From Octopus bimaculoides (Eukaryota), in NCBI RefSeq assembly GCF_001194135.2, contig NC_069000.1:39080534-39127765 (forward strand): 47,232 nt of DNA, in the 5' to 3' direction. Below are positions 12,981 through 25,363 of this stretch, in pieces; position 1 is the stretch's first letter; the number at the start of each line of letters is the position of its first letter. Both the position numbers and the translations under genes were made by a program. The notes under the pieces were generated by a model. That model was not told the origin of the DNA, searched no databases, and saw only the letters and a program-made list of their open reading frames with translations.

Positions 12981-13181
12981 GTGTGTGGCGTAGTGATTAG
13001 GGTGTTGCACATGATCGATTCCTGGGACGGGCGATACGTTGTATTCTTGAACAAAAGATTTCATTTCACGTTGCGCCAATCCCCTCAGCCGGCAAAAAAC
13101 AAATAATCCTGCGTTGGAAAGGCGTCCCGTGTAGAGGGCAGAGATGTGTACGCCACAGAATCCTGGAAACTAGTTTTATGA
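12981..13181 (+). mobile_element. tRNA-derived SINE family D with a V-domain-like motif
   Basis: A-box TGGCGTAGTGATTAGG. The segment CCTGCGTTGGAAAGGCGTCCCGT resembles the V-SINE motif CTGCGATGGACTGGCG.CC.GTCCAG. Homologous to 13456-13563. Confidence 0.6.
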
Positions 13182-13455
13182 CGATTTGACTCAGGAAGGA
13201 CATTTAATTCTCTTTGAAAGATACAGAAGAAAAAAAACATGCAAAAGATTTTAGAAAAAAGATGGACTCAATAAGTTGAGTGTCAACTACTACAGCCTCG
13301 TTCCGACCAGCACACAGTGACTGGATTTGTTAGAGTAGCATATACAGAAGGAAAAGGNNNNNNNNNNNNNNNNNNNNNNNNNNNNNNNNNNNNNNNNNNN
13401 NNNNNNNNNNNNNNNNNNNNNNNNNNNNNNNNNNNNNNNNNNNNNNNNNNNNNNN

Positions 13456-13563
13456 GGCTCATGGGCCCGGTTTCCCGATTTCAATGACGTATGTGTTCCC
13501 CAGCTGGACGGGACGCCATTCCATCGCAGCGTTACTCATTTTTGGCAGCTGAGTGGACCTGAG
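13456..13563 (-). mobile_element. SINE family D fragment
   Basis: The reverse complement reads TCCACTCAGCTGCCAAAAATGAGTAACGCTGCGATGGAATGGCGTCCCGTCCAG. Confidence 0.65.
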
Positions 13564-13587
13564 GTAAGTCAGGTGGACAGAGAGACT

Positions 13588-13645
<58 letters not shown>

Positions 13646-13730
13646 CAGATAGAGCGATTGATTGGTTGATTGATTGATTAATTGATTGATTGATTGAGTG
13701 AGTGAGTGAGTGAGTGATTGATTCATTGAT
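13588..13730. repeat. (GATA)n-(GATT)n-(GAGT)n compound tetranucleotide repeat
   Basis: Direct read of the sequence. Confidence 0.9.
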
Positions 13731-14237
13731 TTAACAATAAGTAGATACATTGAGTGAGAGAGGCAGAAAGTGAGTGTAAGTCTACGAAAGACGTGAGCGA
13801 GGACCAAATGTGAGAGAATTAATTTCGTGATTGCAATCTGTTATTTTAGTGACTGGTGAAGAGATATGTATGTTTATAAATTCTTTCCTTTTTTCTGAGA
13901 TGGTTTTTCGCCGCCATGTCTCTCGTTGCTGTGGCTACAGTTGCTGCACTACCGATCTTTAGAATACTTTTCATGGCATTGTATTTCTTTTCTTCTTTTT
14001 TTTTTCTATCATCGTCAGAAGAAGTTATTTTAGTGATGTCATCGTTGTTGTTGATTCATTTGGATAATTACAGTTATTCTTGTGTGGTTTGTAGTAGCTG
14101 TTGTTGTTGTTGTTGTTGTGATTACTACTGCAGTGTCGCAAATTGTCTCGCAGTTTCTGTGTCTCATGACATGGGTGTTATGAACGATGCTGTAAGTATT
14201 ATTGATACTGTTGCTGTTGTTGTTGTTGTTGAAGCTG

Positions 14238-14310
14238 TTTAACCCTGGGTCTGCATTCCCTGAGCAGACTGTAGTCAAAGTAATTCCAGTCAAACAGTCC
14301 CGTCTTTTTT
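14238..14310 (+). repeat. Short dispersed repeat (paralog at about 17365-17420)
   Basis: CCTGAGCAGACTGTAGTCAAAGTAATTCCAGTC resembles CTGACTGAGTAGCCCTTGT..AAAGCATTCTGGATATGACC. Confidence 0.4.
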
Positions 14311-14504
14311 TGTTTTTGTTTTTCTCTTAGGTAAAATGCGTCTTCGTGTACATGAATCAGTGTGCATTTCAGCTTTTAAGAGGATAGAGTATAAATTTAG
14401 CTACTACTTCTATCTGGTCAAGGAAGAACTTAGAGGTTCTTTTTTGACTAAGGAATAAGGTGATAAATTTTTACGTTGCTCTTGTCATTTTTCAACCTGA
14501 TGCG

Positions 14505-14712
14505 AGTTGACAGAGTCTTTACAGACCCCAACAAAATGTTTTACGGCATTTCTTCTGTTTTTATGTGCTGAATTCAAATTCCGTCGAGGTCGAATTTGCT
14601 ATTCCTCATTTCGGGGTCAATATAACAAGTAACAGTCAAGTACTGGGGGGGGGGGGCAAAGTAATCGACTATCTCTCCAAAATGTCAAGCCATTTGCCTA
14701 TATCAGAAAGCG
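14505..14712 (+). mobile_element. SINE family A copy
   Basis: B-box GAATTCAAATTCCG, core GAGGTCGAATTTGC..TTTCGGGGTCAAT and tail GCCTATATCAGAAAG. Confidence 0.75.
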
Positions 14713-14837
14713 TTATTGGACCCGGTGGTTGGTTTTATGGAATAATATATAACAATAGACATGAGTCGTAGTGTTTCAGTATACAGTGGCATCACGCAGT
14801 TTTGCACTAGTACCTCGTACGGTTTTGTAGTGTTATG

Positions 14838-15533
14838 TACGAGGGTGTGCTGTCCTTCAGTTTTTCTAATAGTATGCCAACATATGAGGGAGTGGTGAAC
14901 ACTTCCTGGCCTTGGGGAAAAGGAAATACAGGTAGATCAATTAATTATGATTTTATTCGACATACTACACTCTCAGATACACACCCCTTTTACAGCGGTC
15001 CTTCAGTTTTTCTAATCGTATGCCAACATATATGAGGAAGTTCTCAAAACTTCCTGGCCTCGGCTAAAAGAAAAAAACAGGCGCATCAATTATGATTTTA
15101 TTCAACATATTACTCGCTCAGATTTGAACACCTTTTTACAGCAGTCCTTCAGTTTTTCTAATCGTATGCCAACATATATGAGGGAGTTCTCAAAGCTTCC
15201 TGGCCTTGGGTAAAAGAAAAAAACAGGCGCATCAATTATGATTTTATTCAACATATTTCCCTCTCAGATTCATGCATTTATTGCAACGATCCTTCAGTTT
15301 TTCTAATAGTATGCCAATATATATGAGGGGGTGCTGAAAACTGCCTGGCTCTGGGTAAAAGAAAAAATAGAAGCATCAATTAATTATGAATTTATTCAAC
15401 ATATTCCTCTTTCAGATTCATACACTTATTGCAACAGTTCTTCTAAGTCCTATGAAAGAACTCGAAAGCTTGGGCGCCAGCCAGGCCCTTCACGATACCT
15501 TTACATTGAAGAACTTTTCAGCACTCCTTCGTA
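14838..15533 (-). mobile_element. Mariner-derived MITE (complete copy 15322-15533) preceded by a tandem array of ~146-bp partial copies
   Basis: Inverted termini TA+(C/T)GAGGGGGTGCTGAAAA and TTTTCAGCACTCCTTCG+TA. Minus strand 15306-15244 translates LEKLKDRCNKCMNLRGKYVE*, matching the mariner transposase C-terminal pattern (KLxxRWxKCVxxxGxYxE*). Unit starts at 14883, 15031, 15177 and 15322. Confidence 0.85.
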
Positions 15534-16174
15534 GAATTGTAGCAGTGCTCCCTAATGTCGTTTAGTCTTCCTTTGTACGGAAGTAGCGCTTCACAGTATG
15601 GTCTTTTGCTACGTAGTACCTTTGCTCTCCTTTGTAGTGTTCTGTACATAACCGTTGTATGGAAACAAAGTCCCATAGTTTCGTACATTATTGTCCAGGT
15701 TATCATTGGATTTTTGAACGGCCTTTCTATCTATAATGGCTGGCAAATTTAATCTTGATGCTGCTATGCAGGTTATTGCGTGAATTACAGTGAATATCAC
15801 CGTGGATATTGAAATTATATGTATTGTCGTAATGGCTGCAGTTGATCCGCTGTATTTTTGCTTGTTTTTATCTTTCGTCTTTTTCATTTCTGTTATAAAT
15901 TCTAAAGGTACATTTCTGCGCGTTGTTACTTTAATGGCTGCTCTTCATGTTCTGCTTACGTGTTATCTTGATACGTTGATGGTTTTTGTTTCTAGATTGC
16001 AAGCGTACTTTCTCTGCTTCCGCTAATGCTACGTTACTTCCTTTTCTTCTTGTTCTGTTTCGTCATCGATGTTAATAATATATCACCATTTTTTTTTAAT
16101 TTCTGGCATAAGTCTTCTCTTTTTTTTTTGTTTTGGATAATTTTGCTGTTAAAATTTTTGATGTTCTTATCTTT

Positions 16175-16360
16175 TGCTTGTTTTAGTCATTGGATTGCGG
16201 CCATGTTGGGGCACTGTCATTAATGATGAGTGTAGTCGAAAAGATCGACCTCAATAGTTTTTTAAAAAAATCTGGAACTTATTCTATCATTGTCTTTTGA
16301 TGAACCGTTACATTTCGGGGATGTAAACAAACCGACACCGGTTTTCCAGTGGTTGGGAAT
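16175..16360 (-). mobile_element. SINE family B 3' part, degenerate
   Basis: TTTAGTCATTGGATTGCGGCCATG..AGTCGAAAAGATCGACC..GGGGATGTAAACA. Confidence 0.65.
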
Positions 16361-17065
16361 GAACACACACACACACACACACACACANNNNNNNNNNNNN
16401 NNNNNNNNNNNNNNNNNNNNNNNNNNNNNNNNNNNNNNNNNNNNNNNNNNNNNNNNNNNNNNNNNNNNNNNNNNNNNNNNNNNNNNNNNNNNNNNNNNNN
16501 NNNNNNNNNNNNNNNNNNNNNNNNNNNNNNNNNNNNNNNNNNNNNNNNNNNNNNNNNNNNNNNNNNNNNNNNNNNNNNNNNNNNNNNNNNNNNNNNNNNN
16601 NNNNNNNNNNNNNNNNNNNNNNNNNNNNNNNNNNNNNNNNNNNNNNNNNNNNNNNNNNNNNNNNNNNNNNNNNNNNNNNNNNNNNNNNNNNNNNNNNNNN
16701 NNNNNNNNNNNNNNNNNNNNNNNNNNNNNNNNNNNNNNNNNNNNNNNNNNNNNNNNNNNNNNNNNNNNNNNNNNNNNNNNNNNNNNNNNNNNNNNNNNNN
16801 NNNNNNNNNNNNNNNNNNNNNNNNNNNNNNNNNNNNNNNNNNNNNNNNNNNNNNNNNNNNNNNNNNNNNNNNNNNNNNNNNNNNNNNNNNNNNNNNNNNN
16901 NNNNNNNNNNNNNNNNNNNNNNNNNNNNNNNNNNNNNNNNNNNNNNNNNAGACTCGAAACAAACGTAAAAGCCCTTCTCCCTACCCGAGTGTTAAACTAA
17001 TATATCTGTTTCTTGTTTATACACCGGTCTTCGTCTTTTGCTTTTTGTTCTTTTTTGTAAATTCC

Positions 17066-17104
<39 letters not shown>

Positions 17105-17107
<3 letters not shown>

Positions 17108-17250
17108 GAGGGGCTTCCACACGGTTTCCATGTGAAAAATTCACTCACAAGGATTTGATCGGTTCAGGACTCTGGTAGAAGTGATAGAAGATATTTGCCC
17201 ACGATATCACGCAGAGTTAGAAGGCGATCAGCTTAATCACACACAGCCAC
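17105..17250 (-). mobile_element. SINE family B 5' part, degenerate
   Basis: TTCACTCACAAGG..AGAAGATATTTGCCCA..CACACAGCCAC matches the 32340-32500 copy. Confidence 0.65.
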
Positions 17251-18049
17251 GTTCCCGTCTCCACTGCTGATTGTGGATTTTAGGTATTTGTGACTGTACA
17301 CAATAATATTTACAGTCCCTGATCCAAAAAAAAACATGGCGTCTGCTTCCTGAATAGATTACGAATCAAACCTGACTGAGTAGCCCTTGTAAAAAAAGCA
17401 TTCTGGATATGACCACTCTGTGGTTTACTCTACGTGCTGTATTTCACTTTTCATTCATTATTTTCATTTGTCATTTTTTCTTTTTATTGAACGCGATTAC
17501 TCTCTGTTTCTGTCATTTCTTTTGTTGATATCTTTCGCTTTTTATACTTCATGTTATTACTGTTGTTGGTTGCTCGGATTATATTTCTTTCTTCTTGATG
17601 CTGTATCAATTTTTTTCACTGCTTTTACTGCTGCTCTAGTTTTCATTATGGCAGGCATTTCTGTACTTAAGTAATTACTGCTGTTGTTTAGCACCAAGTT
17701 ATCTTTATATTAAAAAGAAGTTTTCAAGCCGTACAAAACTAGAATTATATTATCCAATGTCTGTTGCTTTATTAAATATGCTATTGTCTGACGAAGCTTT
17801 CGCTGATGGAGCTACACGTCAAAAATATCATTCCTTGAATCAAATATTCACTGATGATATTGCCTTTTCTGGTATTGTTTCATTATTGCTGTAGTTCTTG
17901 TTAAAGTAGTTGTTGCTGTTGTGATGTTGTGGCTTGAGGTGCTATTGTCTTAAATTTATTGTTGATGTTTTTCCTCCTGTTATTATTGTTGAGGTCTATG
18001 CCATTGTCATTGACGCTCTTCCTGTATTCCTTTCATTTTTGTTGCTGAT

Positions 18050-18172
18050 GGCGACGAGGCGGCAGAATCGTTAGCACACCAGACTAGATGCTTAGAAGTG
18101 TTTCGTTCGTCTTTACGTTTGGAATTCAAATTTCGTCCATGTTGACTTTCGCGCTCGATAAAATAAATATCA
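18050..18172 (+). mobile_element. SINE family A, 3'-truncated with internal deletion
   Basis: Head GGCAGAATCGTTAGCAC and B-box GAATTCAAATTT. Confidence 0.75.
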
Positions 18173-18695
18173 GAATCACTCAGTCGTAAAGCGAACTTCG
18201 GAAACTAACCTCAGTGCCATGCCTCTGCCTATCTCGATTATCAATATGGCTGCTTTGCGTTTGTCATCGTCGTCGTCTTGGTCGTTGTTGTTGATGGACA
18301 CCTGAACGTTCTACACCCGATTTTTTCTATGATTTCTCACCAGAGGATGTTACTGTCGTTGTTGCTGAAATTGCTGCTGCTGCTACTAGAGGCTATTCTT
18401 GTGTTCTTGCAGCTGTTTCTTATGTTGTGGCACGTATTTACTGCTGATAGTGCAGCTTCTGCTGCTGCTCTCGTCGTGAAAATTGTTGTTTACAAACAAG
18501 GGCCAATAAAATCAGTGTTGAATACAACTGAAATTATCAGAGATCGATAAATCTGATTGATTTGCTTTCATTAGAAGGAAGTCCAACTTCTGTCTTTCCT
18601 GACGGTTTTGTGTTTGTCTGCGTGTGCATATATATACCTATTAGTGTGCTAATGTGTAAACATATTTTTGTTACTATGTTAGAGTATATATATAG

Positions 18696-18741
<46 letters not shown>

Positions 18742-19179
18742 AATAATGTTAGTGTGTCAGTATATGTATGTTAGTGTGTGTATAAATGATTTATTTTGTG
18801 TATTAGTGTATGTATACGCTGTGGATGTACTGCTGTTGTGCGTGTGTATATGTGGTTACTGGCGTGTGTGCATATACGACTTTTAATTTCTCATTTGATA
18901 AACGTGTGAATCTATTTCTTTGCGTTCTCGTATGCATGTGTGTATGTAGTTGTCAGAAACACTGTTAACGGATTATTGTTTTTACCCAGAGGTCATTCCT
19001 GAGTACACTTATGGTCCTGGCTTTCCACTTACAGCCATCGCAGCTTTCCGATTAAACTTGCATTATTAAACATATTTTCTCGGCCGAGCTAAAGATTCAA
19101 ACATCGATTTTCTGTAACATTTAACTCCGAAAATATTTCGGATTACTGATTTTTCCAAACAAGGGTGGTAGCTGTCGTC

Positions 19180-19335
19180 GATATATTCTAAGGCGTGGCT
19201 TCCCAATCGCATGGTTCCGGATTCAGTCCCACTGGCTGGCACTTTGGGCTAATGTTTACTTCTATAGCCTCGGGCAGAAGAAAGGCTTGTCAGTGGATTT
19301 GGGAGACGGAAAATGTTTGGTGAAATCACTTCGTG
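19180..19335 (+). mobile_element. SINE family B 5' part (tRNA head plus CORE-like segment)
   Basis: ATGGTTCCGGATTCAGTCCCACTG..TTGGGC..CTATAGCCTCGGGC..GTGGATTTGG.AGACGGAAA. Confidence 0.75.
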
Positions 19336-19542
19336 GCAAGTCTGATACTTTGTATATATATATNNNNNNNNNNNNNNNNNNNNNNNNNNNNNNNNNNNNN
19401 NNNNNNNNNNNNNNNNNNNNNNNNNNNNNNNNNNNNNNNNNNNNNNNNNNNNNNNNNNNNNNNNNNNNNNNNNNNNNNNNNNNNNNNNNNNNNNNNNNNN
19501 NNNNNNNNNNNNNNNNNNNNNNNNNNNNNNNNNNNNNNNNNN

Positions 19543-19582
<40 letters not shown>

Positions 19583-20324
19583 CCTATTGAAGTGTAGAGG
19601 AATCTCTCTAACAAATTAACTTACAGCAAAATATCTTTGGATGGGAGTTATGCACCACCAGATTATCAGCCCATTGAAAACAGGAATGTAGATATGTTAA
19701 CAAAATCTGAATTTTAATATTGTAAAAATTGCATTTATATTGCATTTATATATGTATAAAATCGTTATCAGTCTATAGAAGTATAACAACTAACCCATTA
19801 AGAGGATGTTTCCCAATCTCACGCTGAAACATGATGGAGAAATTGGGGAAAATTTATAAGCGATAATATGGTGAAATATGAGCTACGGAAGTGTGCAGTA
19901 AACATGCAAATGGTGCAGGCTTTATGGTGTATAAATCTGCCTTAGGAGTGGCAGCTAAAAAATTATAACGTCTTAATCATCAAAATATACGCGTCAACAA
20001 GCGATTAGAATAATGATGTAGTGCAGAAATTCTATAAAGTTTTACAAAAAATACGCAGTTACTCGAATGAAAACTTTGGATCGGATGCTTATGGCACTTA
20101 GAAAGGAATGGATAATGTACACAGTTTAAGAAAGTAACAAAAAATAAAAAGGAAAAGAGAAGAGTAAGATTACTGAAATTATCAAAACTATCGCTACATG
20201 TAACAAATATTAAGGTTTCTGTGGCGTATATAGTCCTCACAGGATGAGACACCGCTCTGATGAATGATTCACACAAACTTGTTCACGATTCTGCCACATC
20301 ACCGCATTATTAGATAACAATTGG

Positions 20325-20960
20325 TTTCAAACATTGGCACAAGATCAGCGATTGCAGGAGACGGGATAAGACATTTACATAAACTCCATTACTCAATTGG
20401 TTCTTATTCTGTCGACCCCGAATGGATGAATGGTGAAGTCGACTCACGTGGAATTTGAACGAATAATGCGATTACGGACGAAATGACGCAAAGCATTTCG
20501 ATCCGTGTGCTTTCTAGCCGCCTTATATAAGATAAAAACTCCCTTCAGACTTTGGCAGAAGGCCATTAGTTCTAGTGGGGGCGGAGGTGAGTCGGTTACA
20601 TCGACCCCAGTGTTCCACTGGTACTTCTTTATTGACCCCGAAACGACGAAAGGCAAAGTCGCCTCTCGACACAATTGAAATACACAACGCAAAAACGGTT
20701 GAAATACTGTGAAGTATGCCAGTTTTCCGCCTTATGTAAAACAGATACTGGATTCAAATTTTGGTACAATGCCAGAAATTTTGAGGAAGCGAGGCAAGAC
20801 GGCTACACCGACCTTAAGTCATTCATTGACCCTTTGTCTTTCATTCTTCTAAAGAAAGGCGAAGTCGCATTAGGCGAAATTTAAGCTCAGACGGTTAAGA
20901 CAGAGGAAATATCGTAAAGCAGCTTGTTTGGCGTGCTAACGTTCTTGCTACTTCACCACC
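20325..20960 (-). mobile_element. Three consecutive SINE family A copies (about 20325-20525, 20555-20730, 20755-20960)
   Basis: Each carries the reverse-complement core (TCGACCCC..GAAAGGC.AAGTCG) and a head remnant CCGCCTTAT. Confidence 0.75.
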
Positions 20961-21409
20961 TTATTGAAGATAAATACTGGAACCTAATAACCAAAGCTTA
21001 CGAAATAACTAATAAATGAAGAGAAAACACTTATTGTACAAACTTAAGTGTCAATACCACTTTCAAAACAAGAAAACATCAATAAATGGTGGAGGGAAAA
21101 AGGAAAGAAGATTAAGAAAGAATAATTATTGTCCAATTAGTTTAATTAGATATCTGTGTGGTTTTGTCTAAGACTGACTTGATGGAAAAGATGATGAAAA
21201 TACGAGCGTGATATAGAGTGATTGCATAGAAAGCTGAAATGATGTGCAAATTTGTAATGTTGTTTGTCTCAACAGAAGATATTTAGAACAGCTGTCATAC
21301 TTTGAGCTGAGGTTATTAACTCTGAACAATCTTTGTGAGTGTAATAGGGTGCCATGATTTCGGTGAAAATTCATTATTAGTCTACAAAGAAATATTTCAA
21401 ATTTTTCCA

Positions 21410-21520
21410 CAAGGGCGGCTTGTGGGAAGGGATTAGGTCGATTACATCGATCCCAGTGCGTAAATGGTACTTATTTAATCGACCCCGAAAGGATGTAAGG
21501 CAAAGTCAACCTCAGCGGAT
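21410..21520 (-). mobile_element. SINE family A, 5'-truncated
   Basis: AGTCGATTACATCGATCCCAGTGCGTAAATGGTACTTATTTAATCGACCCCGAAAGGATG. Confidence 0.75.
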
Positions 21521-22209
21521 ATTAGTCTACAAATAATAAAAGTTATAACGTCATTCTATGATGTTAAAAAAGATATGTCCTTACTTTGAAAATTTACACG
21601 TATGTATTCTAGAAACATAAAAAAGAACTTCGTAAGAGAACACAGTAATTCCCGCACAATTTAAAAAGTGGTAGGGACTCGAAATGCTATGCATTGGTCT
21701 TTGAACTGAAGGCATTGTTGCGAAGTCAAGTATTTTAACCACGCAGTGATATGTAAGTAATATTTCACATGCTACTTTGTACTGATGCGGCATTCAATCT
21801 AGTTTTCGATCTGATGTATGGAGGGGAAAAAAATTAAGATTGGAAAATATAGATGTAGTAGAGAGAGAAGAAAGTGAGAAAGAAAAATAAAGAAAAATGC
21901 TGATAGAAAGAGAAATACGATAGTGAGGGAGAAGCATGGAAATTCTGCGCTCTTGTAATAGGAGTTGGTCGCAATTTACAGGTGTACTGAGGACAATAAC
22001 ATGCAGATTCATGTTGGAAAAGTCAAAGCCCTGCGCTATCAGCTCAAAAGCTGAATGAAATGCAGACAGGATACACTGGCCCAGGAGTGTTTGCATTTCC
22101 TCAATCGAAATCAGTGCGCGATGTTGGCATTAACATGAGTAATTATTTACATTATTTACGGACTACGACTTTGAGTACCACTGCTCGAGGGAACATAAGT
22201 CCTTACCTT

Positions 22210-22335
22210 CTTTGACTACTGCTCGACTTTTCATTCTTTCAGGGTCGATACAATAAACTGCCAGTGAAGCCCTAGAGTCAATGCAATCGACTTAACGTCT
22301 CTCGCGGAATTACTTGTGTTGTGACAAAATACGAA
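22210..22335 (+). mobile_element. SINE family A fragment
   Basis: CGACTTTTCATTCTTTCAGGGTCGATA..CCAGT..AATCGACTTAAC. Confidence 0.6.
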
Positions 22336-22704
22336 ATCCGTAGTTTTTCAATTGCTATCGCAATTTCTTAACAAGAACGTCAATGGTTACAATTATCCGA
22401 CATAGTAATAACTACTTTGCTAAAGCTTATACAGATAAGGAAATGTCTAATGAAAGGAACTATTTGGTCACATTTTATTCGTCAGTATCTCTATTGTTTT
22501 CTTTTTGCTTTATATCCTTTCACTGCAGGTTATCATATTCACTTGCAGAATATACACCTCCAGAGACAACCCCAGAAACATGCGATTAAGAATCTCTTCA
22601 CCGTAAGTTATAGTAATCATCGGCAGAAAGTTCAACCCGCCAGAAACATTGTGTGTGAGTGGCTTTTATGCTTTACAATAATTTACACACTAATGAAATA
22701 CTCT

Positions 22705-22919
22705 TATTTCTTTACTGCCCACAAGGGGCTAAACAGAGGGAACAAACAAGGGGTTATGTCGATTTCACCGGCTCCAGTAACTGGTACTTAATTTATAGAC
22801 CCCGAAAAGATGAAAGGCAAAGTCGACCTCGGCGGAATTTTAACTCAGAACGTAGCGGCAGACGAAATTCCGCTAAGCATTTCGCCCGGCGTGCTAACGT
22901 TTCTGCCAGCTCGCCGTCG
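22705..22919 (-). mobile_element. Near-intact SINE family A with an 18-bp target-site duplication
   Basis: ACACTAATGAAATACTCT occurs at 22687-22704 and at 22920-22937; head, A/B boxes and core are intact. Confidence 0.92.
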
Positions 22920-23692
22920 ACACTAATGAAATACTCTGACAAGTTATATAACCAGAGTCTACAGCTGTACAATTTCAACAAAACGTCATGAAGGTGTTAA
23001 GACGAGACCCTAGGTTTGGGGACTGCAAAATAGTACAATATTTGCTATTTCTAGCAGATCATGAAAATATGTATGTATACTCACTTAGATATGTATGTAT
23101 ATATGTGCATTTTATATGAATGTGTAGTGAATGTATGTTTGGATTTCATAGGAAGTAGACGGAGTGAGCATGAAATAGGAAACAGGTTATTTTAAAGAAT
23201 TTTTATAAATTTCATTATCATAAGTGATAGACTGCCATGTTTCACTTCGGAAATATGACACACAGGAGCTATATCCCCATCAATTTCATTTCATTTCATA
23301 TAAATAAACTGTATGTGTGTGTGTGTGTGCTTGTGTGTGTGCGTATACATACATGTGTGTGTGTGTATCTTTGTAGTATATATATATGTACATATATGTG
23401 TACATATGTAGGTATATANNNNNNNNNNNNNNNNNNNNNNNNNNNNNNNNNNNNNNNNNNNNNNNNNNNNNNNNNNNNNNNNNNNNNNNNNNNNNNNNNN
23501 NNNNNNNNNNNNNNNNNNNNNNNNNNNNNNNNNNNNNNNNNNNNNNNNNNNNNNNNNNNNNNNNNNNNNNNNNNNNNNNNNNNNNNNNNNNNNNNNNNNN
23601 NNNNNNNNNNNNNNNNNNNNNNNNNNNNNNNNNNNNNNNNNNNNNNNNNNNNNNNNNNNNNNNNNNNNNNNNNNNNNNNNNNNNNNNNNNNN

Positions 23693-23763
<71 letters not shown>

Positions 23764-23854
23764 CTTAAAGAACTGTTTGTATTATTGATTCTGGTAGTTT
23801 GTTTCGATTTCACTATAGGCAAATTTCATATATTATATTAATGGAATGGATCGC

Positions 23855-24005
23855 GGAGAGATCAGGAAGCTCGATTGTATCCACGTACTTTCGTTTTCAA
23901 TCATGCAGCATGCCACCTTGTGCCAGTGTTTCCAACTGTAACCTCGGACAGACCAATGTCCGTTGAGCAAATTTGATTGCTAGAGACGGTTGAAGTTCAC
24001 CATTT
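23855..24005 (+). mobile_element. Highly degenerate SINE family B 5' part
   Basis: GCCACCTTGTGCCAGTGTTTCCAACTGTAACCTCGGACAGACCAATG aligns to the family B head/core. Confidence 0.5.
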
Positions 24006-24047
24006 AGGTATGTATATGTGCATGTACATACACACGTATATACATAC

Positions 24048-24096
<49 letters not shown>

Positions 24097-24464
24097 CTTC
24101 GGCTTGCTAACAATTTTGCCAACCCGCTCGTTTTGAAGGATTTTGTTATGTTATAACACGTTACTTGTAGTCCATGCACATCTTATTAGACAAAGGCTGA
24201 ACAGTAATTCCTAAATAGCCGTCAACCAAAGGCATATTTCTATAAATATGAAAGGTATCTAAACTTCTATAGCGCTCTCAGTAGGCGCCGTTAACATTCA
24301 ATAATCCCTATAAATTGCCGAGAGGTATAATTAAGGACCACATCATTTCAATATAGAAGGTATGGATGATTAGCGGTTTTCCTAGTACTCGGTTAATGCT
24401 AACCTGAATTGTCTTTCATTAAACTAATATTTTAAAATCCCTTACATACTATCTGGTATTTTCT

Positions 24465-24765
24465 ATCTTTTTATTGTTTCAGTGAATGGACTGAAGGCGT
24501 AGACGCCAGCTATTATTTTAAGCCACATACTTAGTTTATCGTTCTTTACAACTGTACCGCTAGTTTAAAGGGATATAAGCGGTAGTGGATGGCAAATACA
24601 GACACAAAGGTGCATGCACACACACATACACACACATACAGACATACAGACACTCAGTAAGGGTTTCTTTCAGATCTCGTCTGCCAGATCCACGCACGTG
24701 ACTTTGGTCATTCCTAGTTTACAGGTGCCACGCAATGAGATTGAAATCGGAAACTATTCGGCTGG
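24465..24765 (-). mobile_element. Degenerate SINE family B
   Basis: TTGTTTCAGT..GACTG.., an internal (CA)n tract and GGGTTTCTTTCAG..ATCCACGCAC..GGTGCCACGCA. Confidence 0.55.
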
Positions 24766-25129
24766 TGGTGATGGTGGTGGTGGTAGTGGGGAACCCTTTC
24801 GACATGGCCATTCATAAATTTAAGGGTCACAAAAATATCCACTGCTTACTGAAAAAACAAATCTCTGTGTACTCAGATTTTAGCAACTAAACTAATGTCA
24901 AGATTCATATATTAAATCATAATTATACTTAATTAAAAAAGAAAGAATATAAACTTCAAACGAGACAAACAATAATCACCAAGTTATCAATTATAACTGA
25001 TAAATATAATAAATCTATTTTGACAGGACATTGGAAATCTTTCTTACTGATGCTTAAATTTGACTGATGATTTTTACAGACAAACAGAAAAACACACACA
25101 CATGCACACGCACTTCTATTAACATACCC

Positions 25130-25328
25130 ACAAGCATACACAATGCATACACATATGATAAGGGAGATGTATAGATATACTTATTGATATACGTACATAT
25201 ATATATTTATACACACACTCATATATATATAGATAGATATATACATCTATATATACATATGTATATATATGTATACGTATATATACATATATATATACAT
25301 GTATATATACGTAAATATACATATATAT

Positions 25329-25363
<35 letters not shown>

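Noticed and set aside
13916-14293. ORFs with poly-Cys, poly-Thr or poly-Asn and hydrophobic runs (also 15555-16223, 17420-17674, 18278-18550)
   Set aside because: They lie in degenerate (GTT/GCT)n and T-rich low-complexity DNA, and composition explains the apparent transmembrane character.
14838-15533. CRISPR-like regularly spaced repeats
   Set aside because: The whole unit is repeated with no unique spacers, it derives from a mariner end, and the context is eukaryotic with no cas genes.
21900-22130. Possible LINE C-terminal remnant
   Set aside because: The similarity is only impressionistic, with several stops, and there is no nucleotide match to the 6634/7098 copies.
22659-22991. SINE-spanning ORFs (also 4478-4732, 22793-22981, 44539-44829)
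   Set aside because: These are chance frames through SINE consensus sequence; the same peptides recur wherever the SINE does.
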